64,000 bases of DNA, from the IMG/VR virus record IMGVR_UViG_3300014204_000110; one strand, given 5' to 3'. Source of the stretch: a virus. Its lineage: Duplodnaviria; Caudoviricetes. A program made the position numbers and the translations under genes. This document shows positions 41,571-52,559 of this stretch, in pieces; within the stretch, counting starts at the first letter, position 1, and each line of letters begins with the position of its first letter. The notes beneath the pieces are model-generated. The model was given only the letters and a program-made list of their open reading frames with translations, was not told the DNA's origin and searched no databases.

Positions 41571-43062
41571 AATTGAATTACCAAATAGTATTGATATTAA
41601 AATAAAAGCAACACATTTTGAACCTTTTATAAATAAAAATGCTGTAAAATATACTGAAAAAGCTATTAAAGCTGGAGTTAATTCTTGGATTAAACCTTAT
41701 CAGAAACCTCAACTTACAGGTCATGATAAAAATTCTTCTCCGCTTGGTAGAATAATAAATTGTGAAATAATTAAAGATAAAAAATCATCTGATGAACCTT
41801 CCAATTATATAAGACTTTATGCTAGAATAACTGACAAAGATGCTATTGAAAAGATCCTTGATGGGCGTTTTAATACTGTATCTGTTGGATCTAAATCTTC
41901 TAGAGTTCTATGTAGTGAATGTTCCCAGGTAATTACCGAAGATGGTCTTTGTGACCATAAAAAAGGTTCTTATAATGAAAAAGGAGATATGATCCATTGG
42001 GTCATTGATCAAATTGAATATACAGAAGATTCTTTTGTAAACGAACCTGCTGATGAGTATGCTGGTATTGAGGAAGTTAATTTTGGTAATGGTTGGATTG
42101 AATATCGTAACTTTCTAGATAACAGAGAAACTCATCTTAAAGAAATATCTATGGAGGATTGCATGACAGTACAAACGGATGCCAAGTTATCAACTGAGGC
42201 AAGAAATAAACTTTCCGAAAGTGTATTCTGCGGTCCTGGAAGATCTTTTCCTGCTCATGATAAAGCTCATGTACTTGCTGGTTTAAAATTAATTGGAAAA
42301 TCAAAATTTTCTGATTCTACTAAATCAAAAATTAAAGCATGTCTTTATAGAAAAGGTAAAAGATATGGAGTAGTTCCTTCTGAAGATGAACTTAAAATTG
42401 ATACCATTGAAAATTTATTAACATTTGGCGTCGATGATGAATGGACTACTGAACAACGGACTGAACTGGAAACTTTTTTTAAAGATAATCCAGATGCAGA
42501 TCTTCCAGACGCGAATGATACTCAAACTGATAGTAATACAGTTACATCAGATGTTAAAATAGAAGATATGAAGAAGCCAGAATTAGTAATTCTAGCAAAT
42601 AAACTTCAAAAAGAATTTGAAGATCTCAAGAAATCAAATCTTGATGCTTTAACTCTTCGAGATAATAAAATAACTGATCTAACAAAAAAACTTTCTGATA
42701 GTGAAACTTTAGCACTTCAAAAAGAAGATGAAATAAGCAAATATCTAGATGATCATGCTATTTTATCAAAAAAATTGAAAGATTCTTTAGTTTTTAATAT
42801 TATTGATCTTAAAACGACCGATAATAATAATGAAGAGTCTAAGATTCTTATAGAGAAATATTCTAAACGATCAGTTGAAAGTTTAAATGATACTCTTAAT
42901 GATCTTAGAAACTTAAAAATAGATAACAAACAAAATACTGAAGTGAAAGTTGTATTAACAACTTCTCAAGCAGATAATTCTGATAAAAATTTAAATGATC
43001 AGAAAAATGACGGAGATAAATTCAAACTCTTCGATCAAGATAGAAGGTCAACGGAGGAATAA
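41563..43062 (+). CDS. Prohead protease/scaffold
   Basis: GHD...PLGR, GRFNTVSVG, EDSFVNEPAD; C-terminal coiled coil. Confidence 0.75.
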   Translation: MSKIELPNSIDIKIKATHFEPFINKNAVKYTEKAIKAGVNSWIKPYQKPQLTGHDKNSSPLGRIINCEIIKDKKSSDEPSNYIRLYARITDKDAIEKILDGRFNTVSVGSKSSRVLCSECSQVITEDGLCDHKKGSYNEKGDMIHWVIDQIEYTEDSFVNEPADEYAGIEEVNFGNGWIEYRNFLDNRETHLKEISMEDCMTVQTDAKLSTEARNKLSESVFCGPGRSFPAHDKAHVLAGLKLIGKSKFSDSTKSKIKACLYRKGKRYGVVPSEDELKIDTIENLLTFGVDDEWTTEQRTELETFFKDNPDADLPDANDTQTDSNTVTSDVKIEDMKKPELVILANKLQKEFEDLKKSNLDALTLRDNKITDLTKKLSDSETLALQKEDEISKYLDDHAILSKKLKDSLVFNIIDLKTTDNNNEESKILIEKYSKRSVESLNDTLNDLRNLKIDNKQNTEVKVVLTTSQADNSDKNLNDQKNDGDKFKLFDQDRRSTEE

Positions 43063-43065
43063 AAC

Positions 43066-44235
43066 ATGACTATTTACAATGATCGTCTATCATTAAACCA
43101 GGGTACTATACAAAAGCAGGATCTTCGTACACGACCGTCCAAATATGCTCAGTCTAATCTTAGAAATTGGGCATTTGAACAGTCTGAAGGAGTACGTCCA
43201 GCTGAATATATGGGTGTGTATAAGTATCTCCCTGTAGAATTTCAAGATGTTAATACTGAAGATTGGGTAGTCTTACAGAAGGGCCGCATTGTTAGTGCTC
43301 TTGGTATGAATAGCACCAGTCCTAGTGGAATTCCTGCCCCTCAAGGTAGTGGATATATTCCAATTGGTATTAGCGGAGATTATATGGGAACTGGTACTGG
43401 AGCTACAATAGTTGTATCTGATGATACTTCTTTCTTTGGTTACGAAGAACACATCGTTAACCTTTTAGTTCCAGCTAATGGTGGATCAGGAACAATTACA
43501 CGATATTACAGTGCGGATGACGTTACTGCAGGTACGCGAGTAGCAGGAACTTTTGCTGCTGCAACTGCTTCAGGTGCGGTTTCTTTTGCTGCTAATATTC
43601 CTATTGGTGTTGCTTTTCATGATATTTATCAAGATATACGCGGTAAATATCTTAACTATAGAATGCATCCAGATGGTCAGCATATATTAACTGACTGGTA
43701 CGTCGAAGTACCTTTCGTTAATAGTGTTTCTACTGGTGATGCAGCTACTTTCTCAGGTGTTCCACTTAATGCGAGTGTAAATACTTGGGGTCGATGGCGT
43801 GAACTTAATAAACAGTTTACTTATCTTTCTTTTGATAGTTCTTCAACGAACTATAGTGTAATTCCTGGAGCACTTATTTGTCCTGATATTCAGGGTAATT
43901 ATTCTCTTCAGAATAAAACAACTACCATGCTTGCTGGTGCTAATGTTGCCGTATCTGGTTTTGTTTCAACTCAGGGAATTGTCACATCACAGACAGTTGG
44001 TAAACTAATAGCATTAGATAGTCGTTTTCCAAAAGATGATCTAGAAGATGTTCTTACATATCCTCGATCTGGTATGCCTGGTAGTCAAACTGGTGGTATC
44101 ATAAAGAATCTTTTTGATTTCGTATACTATTGTTTATACATTGGTAATGGAACAGCCCCAACTATTGAGGCAATATACAACGGAATTCGTTCTGGAGTAT
44201 TTGGTCTGGCCCGAATCCAGCTGCATGTATCATAA
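43066..44235 (+). CDS. Putative capsid decoration/minor head protein
   Basis: Between protease and MCP; G/S/T-rich; highly-expressed codon style. Confidence 0.6.
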   Translation: MTIYNDRLSLNQGTIQKQDLRTRPSKYAQSNLRNWAFEQSEGVRPAEYMGVYKYLPVEFQDVNTEDWVVLQKGRIVSALGMNSTSPSGIPAPQGSGYIPIGISGDYMGTGTGATIVVSDDTSFFGYEEHIVNLLVPANGGSGTITRYYSADDVTAGTRVAGTFAAATASGAVSFAANIPIGVAFHDIYQDIRGKYLNYRMHPDGQHILTDWYVEVPFVNSVSTGDAATFSGVPLNASVNTWGRWRELNKQFTYLSFDSSSTNYSVIPGALICPDIQGNYSLQNKTTTMLAGANVAVSGFVSTQGIVTSQTVGKLIALDSRFPKDDLEDVLTYPRSGMPGSQTGGIIKNLFDFVYYCLYIGNGTAPTIEAIYNGIRSGVFGLARIQLHVS

Positions 44236-44253
44236 TTATAGGAGAAAAATATT

Positions 44254-45585
44254 ATGCCTTTCATGACAATTAGAGATCAAGTCGCAGCTGAATTTTTCCC
44301 AAAGAAAGAAGATAGAGTTAAATATACTAATGTATATGACGCTTTTACTTCTCGCGGACGGTTAATGGATTCTGACGGCAATATTAATAAATATGAACTA
44401 AAAGATTTAGTAACAAGAGAAGATCTTATGCGGTTTATGCCTCAAACGGTAGAAACTGTTGTACGAGAAGCTATTGAACCTAATCTTTTTATAATCGATC
44501 GACTCTTTCAGAGTATTACTATCGAACAGGGTAGTCGTATACAGATTGGTGCTATTGGTGCCATGACTGCTGGACGAGTTGGACAGGCTGGAGAATATCC
44601 AGAAAAAATGTTAGACCTTGATGGTGGAGACATGATTGCTATCACTACTGATAAGTATGGTATCAAAATTTCTCTTACTGAAGAGGTTGTTTCTCAGAAT
44701 CAGTTTGATGTCGTAAACGTTTGGCTTCGTGCTGCTGGTAAAGCAATGGCTCGTTGTAAAGAACGTATCGGTATGAAACTTATAAATGAGATGGGATATA
44801 AGGTATTTGATAATGCATCACCTTCTGCTTCATATTGTGGTAGTACAACTGGTCGAAATATCGCTGGCGTTACTAATGGAAGTATGACTGCTAATGATGT
44901 ATTTGAAATGTATGCTTATCTTCTAAATCGTGGATTTACTCCAGATACTCTTCTACTTCATCCTCTTGCTTGGAAGCTTTTTGCAACTGATACAGAGATG
45001 AGAGAAGTAGTTCTTGCTGGTTCTACGATTGCTCAGGTACAGGGTGGAAAACCAGTATCACAATGGGGTGGAACATCTCATAATGGTTATGGTCTTCGTA
45101 CAACTGGTACTGGTAATGAGAATCTTGCGGGTAGCGTTCCTAAAGGACCAAATGCTTGGACTCAGACATTGAATCCTCTTGGTGCAACATGGAATGTACG
45201 ACCTGCATATCTTCCTTCTCCAATACAAGTAATTGTAACTCCAATGGTTCCTTTCTCATATGGAACTGCTGGAATTGAACGTATGGATACTGGAAGTACT
45301 TGTAACGTCATTATGGTTGATAGTAGTAACTGTGCAGTAATTGGTCAGAGCGAAGCAATTCGTACTGATCGTTGGACTGATCCTGAACGGGATATAGTCA
45401 ATATTAAACTACGTGAAGCTTATGGTATGGCTGTTCTTGAACAGGGTAAAGGTATTGCTAAAGCAAGTAATATAGCTATTGCTAAAAATTACAACTTTGA
45501 GAATTACAATTCTCAGACTTTATCAAACTTTGATCCTACTACAGCTCCTAGTGGTTTCTCAGCTGCAAGTCCTAATCTACCGTAA
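44254..45585 (+). CDS. Major capsid protein (HK97 fold)
   Basis: VGQAGEYPE, KYGIKISLTEE, PDTLLLHPLAW, IKLREAYG; followed by a terminator. Confidence 0.88.
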   Translation: MPFMTIRDQVAAEFFPKKEDRVKYTNVYDAFTSRGRLMDSDGNINKYELKDLVTREDLMRFMPQTVETVVREAIEPNLFIIDRLFQSITIEQGSRIQIGAIGAMTAGRVGQAGEYPEKMLDLDGGDMIAITTDKYGIKISLTEEVVSQNQFDVVNVWLRAAGKAMARCKERIGMKLINEMGYKVFDNASPSASYCGSTTGRNIAGVTNGSMTANDVFEMYAYLLNRGFTPDTLLLHPLAWKLFATDTEMREVVLAGSTIAQVQGGKPVSQWGGTSHNGYGLRTTGTGNENLAGSVPKGPNAWTQTLNPLGATWNVRPAYLPSPIQVIVTPMVPFSYGTAGIERMDTGSTCNVIMVDSSNCAVIGQSEAIRTDRWTDPERDIVNIKLREAYGMAVLEQGKGIAKASNIAIAKNYNFENYNSQTLSNFDPTTAPSGFSAASPNLP

Positions 45586-45613
45586 TTGATAGATTAATTA
45601 GTTAGTTTTTATG

Positions 45614-45647
45614 AGGCATTGGGGCCAACAGCCTCGATGCCTTTTTT
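45614..45647 (+). terminator. Rho-independent terminator after MCP
   Basis: AGGCATTGGGGC-loop-GCCTCGATGCCT followed by a T-run. Confidence 0.8.
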
Positions 45648-45673
45648 ATTAATTCAAAAACAAAGGGAGTTTT

Positions 45674-46351
45674 ATGAATAAATCTAAAGAGGAAAAAAAG
45701 AAACCAGAATATAAGTTACCAAAATACTTACGTCTGGCTAAAGGATCGATGTGGCTTGATACTGAAGGTGAGGAAGCTTCTGGTGTTAGGTTATATTCAG
45801 TTAAAGAAGTGTTTGTTAGTCGTGATATGAAGTTTGAAATAAATGATGGAAAAGTAAAAGTATTTGCTACTGATGTTCCAAAAGATAGATATAATAATAA
45901 TAATAATGTTGATTTTGGTAAAGTAGATAGTGATCTTCCTTGGTATGTTGATACAACAACTATAGATCCATCTAAATTATCGCATATTCTAACTGCATAT
46001 AAACATGGAATTCTTATAGCTGCAGATCCAGATAAAAAACCTGGAGAAGCTAAAGAAAAAGTTCAAGATAATGATTTTGGTTATGAAAAGAATGGTGATC
46101 GAATTTTTGTTGGTAAAAATAAAGAAATGTTTAAGAAACTTCAAAATCTTACTTTTAATAAATTAAAAGAATTTGTAGCAACATCACCATTAACTGAAGC
46201 ATCAAAAAGAAATCTTATAGATCTTTATGATTATGAACGTAAAGGTTATAATGCTTTAGGAAGACTTCGATTAGAAGTTGTTGATTTAATAAGAGATAAA
46301 TTAAAAGAATATGGTTCTGGAATGTCTGATGTTCGTATAAATGAAGATTAA
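45674..46351 (+). CDS. Hypothetical protein
   Basis: GGGAG RBS; located in the head-neck module. Confidence 0.7.
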   Translation: MNKSKEEKKKPEYKLPKYLRLAKGSMWLDTEGEEASGVRLYSVKEVFVSRDMKFEINDGKVKVFATDVPKDRYNNNNNVDFGKVDSDLPWYVDTTTIDPSKLSHILTAYKHGILIAADPDKKPGEAKEKVQDNDFGYEKNGDRIFVGKNKEMFKKLQNLTFNKLKEFVATSPLTEASKRNLIDLYDYERKGYNALGRLRLEVVDLIRDKLKEYGSGMSDVRINED

Positions 46352-46360
46352 GGAATATAA

Positions 46361-46960
46361 ATGAAAGTCATAGATCATTATCCAACAATTGGAGCAACGG
46401 GAATTTATAGAAATCAAAGTATACAAATATATTTTGATAAACCTATTGAAGCAACAAGTATTGATTGGCAAACATTTTCACTTAATGATAGTAATACATT
46501 TACTTCAGTTGTTGGAGATCTAGGACCTATATGGGCTTCTGGTATTAATCTTAGTGGTGTTACAAGTGGACTTGTATTTACTCCATCTGTAGCACTTCTA
46601 GCAAATACAGAATATAGTGTTTATATATATCATGAACCTAATAGTGTTATTGCTAAAGATGGTGATTTTGTAAGAAAAACTTATAGTTATAGTTTTGTAA
46701 CTGGAACAGGATATTATAGTAATATAATTATTCCAGGAATTCCAACTGGAATTGTTGATTATAGTAATCCAGATCCTAACACAGATTTATATAATATAAC
46801 TAATGGAATATATGTAACTAAAACTACTCCAACACATCAAGCAACTAATTTTCCATCAGCAAGTGGACAGATAGATATATTTTTTAATATTCCATTAACA
46901 ATTTCTGATAGTGATATATCTGGATGTATAGATATTCAGATAACTGATGTTTTAGATTAG
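46361..46960 (+). CDS. Ig-like (SbsA/Big_5-type) virion protein
   Basis: P..GATG...I.I.FDKPI...LVFTP...L.ANTEY...YSFVTG. Confidence 0.7.
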   Translation: MKVIDHYPTIGATGIYRNQSIQIYFDKPIEATSIDWQTFSLNDSNTFTSVVGDLGPIWASGINLSGVTSGLVFTPSVALLANTEYSVYIYHEPNSVIAKDGDFVRKTYSYSFVTGTGYYSNIIIPGIPTGIVDYSNPDPNTDLYNITNGIYVTKTTPTHQATNFPSASGQIDIFFNIPLTISDSDISGCIDIQITDVLD

Positions 46961-46968
46961 AGAATATA

Positions 46969-49150
46969 ATGGCTTACAATATTAGTATTTCTGGAAATGT
47001 ATATCAAGTTGATCATGTTAATCTTACTGGAAGTTTGGTATCAATAGTATTTCCTGATGGATTTGAAAATAATAAACAATATGAAGTAACGTTAAGTAAT
47101 AATATTTCTGGAGAATTTAATAGTTCAAATTATTATCTAGAAAATGGTTATTCTTTCTGGTTTACCTCTACGTATTGTCCATTATTTACAACCGTAAAGA
47201 AAATACATCTTACTGGTGGTCCTCAGACTGAAATGTTTCTAGATGACACGATAAATAAGATGATACATAAAAATTCTATAGATGCAGTTGATCTTTATAA
47301 TTTATATAATAATACATCAGTAGCTTATGATTATTGGGGATGTACAGCAAGTGGAGTTCCAACTATATTAAGACGGTATGTAGAATGTAAAACTGCTTAT
47401 GATCTTATATCTCTTTTAAAGATGTCTGGAAGTTCTAATGAACAACTTAAAACTCTTGGAGATCTAACTATTAAATATGATACTAATAGTAATGCTTCTA
47501 AAGATGATCCTAATCGATTAAAAGAACTTTATGATTGTTGGAAAACATCTTTAAATACTTTTGGTAATATTAAAAGTACGGTTCGTGGTTTTTACGACCA
47601 GAGCAAGCAGTTCCGACATCCAGTTTTGGAACCAGCATATAATAGAGTAAAACAACCAGTATATCCAATACAAAGAAATTACAGTCCTGGTACGATTGGT
47701 GTTCGAGGTTTTTAATGAACTGGTATAAAAATAATATAAGTACATCTTCAAGTGAAGGTATTGATCTTAGACAAGAACTTAATTGGATTCTTTATGGTCG
47801 TAGTAATCCTCCTAGAAGTCCTAAAGGTCATTGGGTAGTATATCGTAGATATGATCAATGTAGTAAATCTGAATTTTATAGTACACGAACTCATGAAGGT
47901 GTTGGAGGACCAGCGTATAATTTTACTGATGTTCTTTTAAGAACACGAAGAGTTCCATCTAGAAAACGTGCTGATATGTTAACTCCTACAAAATTAGGTG
48001 CTGATATAGGAGATACATATAATTATTATTTTGAATATACTGTTAATCCAAAAATGGGTGATCATATAATTGAAATTGATTGGCCAGATCATTCAATTAA
48101 ACCAACGGATATATTATCTCTAACCTTTACATGTAAATATCTTATTAAACGTGTTCATGATTATCGTTTAGATAATGGAAATTTACAGTATTATATAATA
48201 AGTTGTGATTATGATGAGGTTAATTATTAATGAATGAAACTGATTTTCGTTTTGTTGTTGTTGAAAATAAACAAAATGAACCAAATAGATTACAACTTGA
48301 ATATTCATCTAATCCTCCAAAATTAAAATCTGTTGGACATATAAATACATTGTATGAAATGCATGAACTTATGTCTAGATCACTTGAAATTTTAGCACCA
48401 TTTAAAGATGATTGTCAACCATATGAAACTCAAAATACTCATACTACGTCTGGATTTAATATTAATAATGTAATTAAAAATTATGGTATTTATTTTGCTC
48501 CAGATTTTCCAGATTTTCTTGTTCCTAAAATGACTCCAAAAGAATTTAAAGCAGCACCTCAAATGGTACGAAATGCTATTACTTGGGGTGTCGTAAGACA
48601 AGAACCTGGAACAATATCACAAGATGATCCATTTAGAGGTGTAAGAGAATTAAAAGCTAGAAATCGTGAGTTTATAACTTATTATAATGCTTTTGGAAGA
48701 ATGAAAAATACAAATATTACAACTTATAATGATAAGTTTGCTTATATAAATATTAAAGCTCAAGTATTTGATAATCTTGTACAATATAATATCTGGAGTA
48801 AATCTAACTATGAGGTAGAACGTCTTACTGAATGGTTTATAGATGATTATATGGATAATTATATTGGTATGTTTAGAGAAGCTGGAATTGTTCAAATGTA
48901 CTATGATAGACGTGTTAGAGACAATGTAATTGAACAAACTAAAAACGGATATCATTTAAGATCAGTGCTATACTATATAAGAACTGAACGTATAAAACCT
49001 GAAATTGTCGGTCCTATAAAGCAAATTACACTAAATGTTAGTGTTGAAAGCCTTCAAAATCTATTAAAGATTGAAGAAGGAAATAGTATTGGATCTACTA
49101 ATGATATATTATTATCAAAGTGGATTCAAAGAAACCAACTTGGAGGATAA
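46969..49150 (+). CDS. Head-tail joining/neck and tail completion proteins (46969-47715, 47715-48230, 48230-49150)
   Basis: Position between MCP and sheath; KTLGDLTIKY adaptor-like motif in the first. Confidence 0.6.
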
Positions 49151-49154
49151 ATAA

Positions 49155-51908
49155 ATGCCTATAGCTAGAGAAATAAATCTACCCTCTCCTGCTACATATG
49201 TCCAAGATTATGGTCTCAATGTTTCTCCTACTCCTACTCAACGAAATAAAAAAGTCGTTGTTATTGGTACAGCTGAAGATGGTCCAATGTATGAACCTAT
49301 TCAGATTGAAAAACCAGAGGATGCAGAATATGTCTGGGGAAGACTTGGTGCTGGTGATCTTGTTCGTGGTGTCTTCGAATGTTGGGATGTTCAAGGCGGT
49401 CATCCTACTGTTGTAGGAGTTCGTATTGGAAATGGTGAAGAAGCCTCTTTAGATATCGAAGAATCCACAGGTAGTGGATCAGATACTGAACTTGGTGGTA
49501 ATGCCACATCTTTAAAATTAGAAGCTCTTTTTCCTGGAGCAATATATAATCAGATTAGTGTAAGCTATGATGAAAATAGAGATGTTGCAATATATAATCC
49601 TAAAACTGGAGTTACTTCTACTTTTTCAGTTGATACAGAACGACCAACTAATCCTAACGTAGATGCACATAATGTAGCCGAGTTAGTAGACGCAATAAAT
49701 GCAGATCCTAATTTAAATAGTATTTTAAAAGCGACATATTCTGGAATATTAACAGATTATGAAGTATGTATTAGTGGAAATAGTACTGGTGTAAATAATA
49801 CTTCTACTTATGTTGAAGTAAGTTTACCTGATTTAATCAGTAATAGTTATATTACTACTTCTGGTTATATGATTCCTAATCCAATTCATGGAGTAGTTTC
49901 AGCTGGAAATGATATTATAAATGTTGAAGCAATTGAAGCTGTAAGTATTTCTGAATGGGAACAGATACAGTGTGCTGGTAAAACTACTAACAAATTAGCA
50001 TATATGCCATTGGATGGTAAAGCACCAGCTCGATGGAATACAATACAATCATTATATGATTATAATAGTGATTCAGAATATATTCAAGATCCTTCTGGTA
50101 ATATAGTTTCTGAGTATATATATAATCTTAATAGTGCTCTTATGGATGGTGGTACTGGAGAAGGTGGACCTACTAGATCTGGTGGTTACTTTGTTACTGG
50201 ACTTCCTACTAATACTATTCGAGTCACCGTTCCTCTTTGTATTGCAGATAATGAAGAACTCGTAAATAGTGGTGTTGCGGATGCTTATATTAATAGTTTA
50301 ATTACATCTACTTATGCATCATATTCTGGTGTTGGACATAGATATGCAACTTGTTCTGGAATTGCTACTAAATTAGTAGAAGGTGTTGCAGTTCGACCTT
50401 CTGGTAAAATTCAGATTCAGGCTGCAATGTCAGATGATCCAAATGATTTCTGGCAGACTCTTCCATATGATGGAATATCTGGTATTTATTTATCAAGTTA
50501 TTCAGCGGGTGTAGCAGTATTTTCAATTGGAGCAAATGCTTATGCAGATAGTCCTATTATGCAAACACTTGTATCATCTGGAAATATTATACGACCTGAT
50601 GTATATCTTAGAATAACTGCTAATACTGTAAAAGGATTTTTGAATGAGAAAGAAAACTTAAATGCTTTATCAAGTGCTTCTACTCTCACAGATTATTTTG
50701 TTAGAGGACAGGAAATAGTATTTAATACTCCTCCTTCTTTTAATGTTACAGTAAATTATGGAACTAGGATTGAATATGAACTTGGAAGCAATGTTACATT
50801 AAGTGATGCTGCTAATGGTAAATTTGTATTTGATGACGCAGAGCTATTGCCTGGTCCAGGAGGTGGTCCTTTATCTAATACAACAAAATCATATTTACGA
50901 TTTAGATATACTTATTTACCAACGTGGCCTAATATAACTACTGCTGCTAAAGCAATGTCTGGTGGAAGTAATGGAACTAATCTAAATAGTCGTCAGCGTA
51001 AAGAACTATTAACTACATGTTATGATAGACTCCGAAATTATGGAGCTGATCTATGGGTCCCAATGAGTGCGTTTATAGATGAATTAAGTGAACGATTTAA
51101 TCCAATTACTGGTCTTAAGGAAACAATTCCTACAGACTATATAACTGACATTAATGACTTTCTAGAAGATCTATCTATAAATAATATTCAACCACATGCT
51201 ATACTTGGTGTTAAACCAATGGATGACGTTAATCAGGCTAATAAAGATCTATGGGTAAAACGACTTACAGAACGTGATCTTAAAGATCCTAATCGAGGTG
51301 CTAATATTATGGCTTTGGTTGGAAGTAAGTTTATTTCTGTATCCGCTTTTGAACCTGTATTTCTAAATATTGGTAGAGGTCGACCATATGTAGCAAATGG
51401 ACAAGCTGCTTATGCAGGTATGCTTGCTTCAATGCCATATGATATATCTCCAACTAATAAATCTATTACTGGACTTCAAGGTCTTAGATTTTCATTGTCA
51501 ACATCTCAATATGAAGCTCTTAATAGTTCTAGATATGTTACTATGAGAACAAAACCTGGACGTGATCCAGTTGTTGTAGAAGATGTTACTGCTGCACCAG
51601 TTGGAAGCGATTTCGTAAACTGGTCAACTTATAGTATCACTGCTGAAGCTGCTAATAGAGTATATGCAATTGCAGAAACCTTTATTGGTAGACCAAATAG
51701 TGTAGAAGTAAGAACATCTCTAGAACAGTTAATCTCTAATACTCTTATGAGTATGGCTGGTTTACGAGGATTCGATTTCTCCATAAATAGTACTCCGAAT
51801 CAACAGGTTCTTGGTATTATCGAGGTCGATCTTATAATTGTTCCGATTTTTAGTATTAAAAAAATTAGAACAACTGTTAAATTGCGTAAAAACTTACCAA
51901 GTAGATAA
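49155..51908 (+). CDS. Tail sheath protein
   Basis: VVIGTAEDGPMYEP N-terminus; AYAGMLAS..SPTNK, FIGRPN, LIIVPIFSIKKI C-terminus. Confidence 0.9.
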   Translation: MPIAREINLPSPATYVQDYGLNVSPTPTQRNKKVVVIGTAEDGPMYEPIQIEKPEDAEYVWGRLGAGDLVRGVFECWDVQGGHPTVVGVRIGNGEEASLDIEESTGSGSDTELGGNATSLKLEALFPGAIYNQISVSYDENRDVAIYNPKTGVTSTFSVDTERPTNPNVDAHNVAELVDAINADPNLNSILKATYSGILTDYEVCISGNSTGVNNTSTYVEVSLPDLISNSYITTSGYMIPNPIHGVVSAGNDIINVEAIEAVSISEWEQIQCAGKTTNKLAYMPLDGKAPARWNTIQSLYDYNSDSEYIQDPSGNIVSEYIYNLNSALMDGGTGEGGPTRSGGYFVTGLPTNTIRVTVPLCIADNEELVNSGVADAYINSLITSTYASYSGVGHRYATCSGIATKLVEGVAVRPSGKIQIQAAMSDDPNDFWQTLPYDGISGIYLSSYSAGVAVFSIGANAYADSPIMQTLVSSGNIIRPDVYLRITANTVKGFLNEKENLNALSSASTLTDYFVRGQEIVFNTPPSFNVTVNYGTRIEYELGSNVTLSDAANGKFVFDDAELLPGPGGGPLSNTTKSYLRFRYTYLPTWPNITTAAKAMSGGSNGTNLNSRQRKELLTTCYDRLRNYGADLWVPMSAFIDELSERFNPITGLKETIPTDYITDINDFLEDLSINNIQPHAILGVKPMDDVNQANKDLWVKRLTERDLKDPNRGANIMALVGSKFISVSAFEPVFLNIGRGRPYVANGQAAYAGMLASMPYDISPTNKSITGLQGLRFSLSTSQYEALNSSRYVTMRTKPGRDPVVVEDVTAAPVGSDFVNWSTYSITAEAANRVYAIAETFIGRPNSVEVRTSLEQLISNTLMSMAGLRGFDFSINSTPNQQVLGIIEVDLIIVPIFSIKKIRTTVKLRKNLPSR

Positions 51909-51994
51909 AATAGTTAGGAGTCATGACCTAACTTATAAGGGTAGAGGTAGTTTAACCTATTGCCTCTACCCAAACTTTAAAAATAGGAAAAATA

Positions 51995-52474
51995 ATGAGT
52001 TCAAAAACTTGTAAAACATGTAATATTGAAAAAGATGAATCGGAATATTATAAATATAAAAATACATATTGTCGAAGAGATCATTCGTATAAAGAATGTA
52101 AAAAATGTTATAATCTTAGAGTTAAAAAATATTGTGAAAATAATAAAGAAAAAAAAAGAAAATCCAGTAAAATATGGTGGGAAAATAATAAAACTAGTAG
52201 AAATATAATACGTAAAGAACAACGTTTAAAACGAAATTATGATTTATCTTTAATTGATAGAGAAAATATTTTAAAAGAACAAGATTATAAATGTAAAAGT
52301 TGTAATACTGATTTAAAAAATTTAATATCTTATCATATACATATTGATCATGATCATACTACAAATGTTATTCGTGGAATATTATGTAGAGGATGTAATA
52401 TTGCTTTAGGTTTATTAAATGATGACCCAGATAAAATATTAAAATTATATAATTATTTAAAACCCTTTAAATAA
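51995..52474 (+). CDS. Free-standing endonuclease VII-type HNH (putative homing endonuclease)
   Basis: CKTC...CKKC N-terminus; CKSC...HIDHDH...RGILCRGCN..LG...D. Confidence 0.88.
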   Translation: MSSKTCKTCNIEKDESEYYKYKNTYCRRDHSYKECKKCYNLRVKKYCENNKEKKRKSSKIWWENNKTSRNIIRKEQRLKRNYDLSLIDRENILKEQDYKCKSCNTDLKNLISYHIHIDHDHTTNVIRGILCRGCNIALGLLNDDPDKILKLYNYLKPFK

Positions 52475-52508
52475 TATCAAAATCTTCCAAGTAGATAACT
52501 TGGAAGTA

Positions 52509-52540
52509 AGAAAGGGGGTTAAAATCCCCTTTCTAGTTTT
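52509..52540 (+). terminator. Hairpin between the HNH gene and the tube gene
   Basis: AGAAAGGGG...CCCCTTTCT followed by AGTTTT. Confidence 0.55.
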
Positions 52541-52559
52541 AACAATAAGGAGGTAATTT

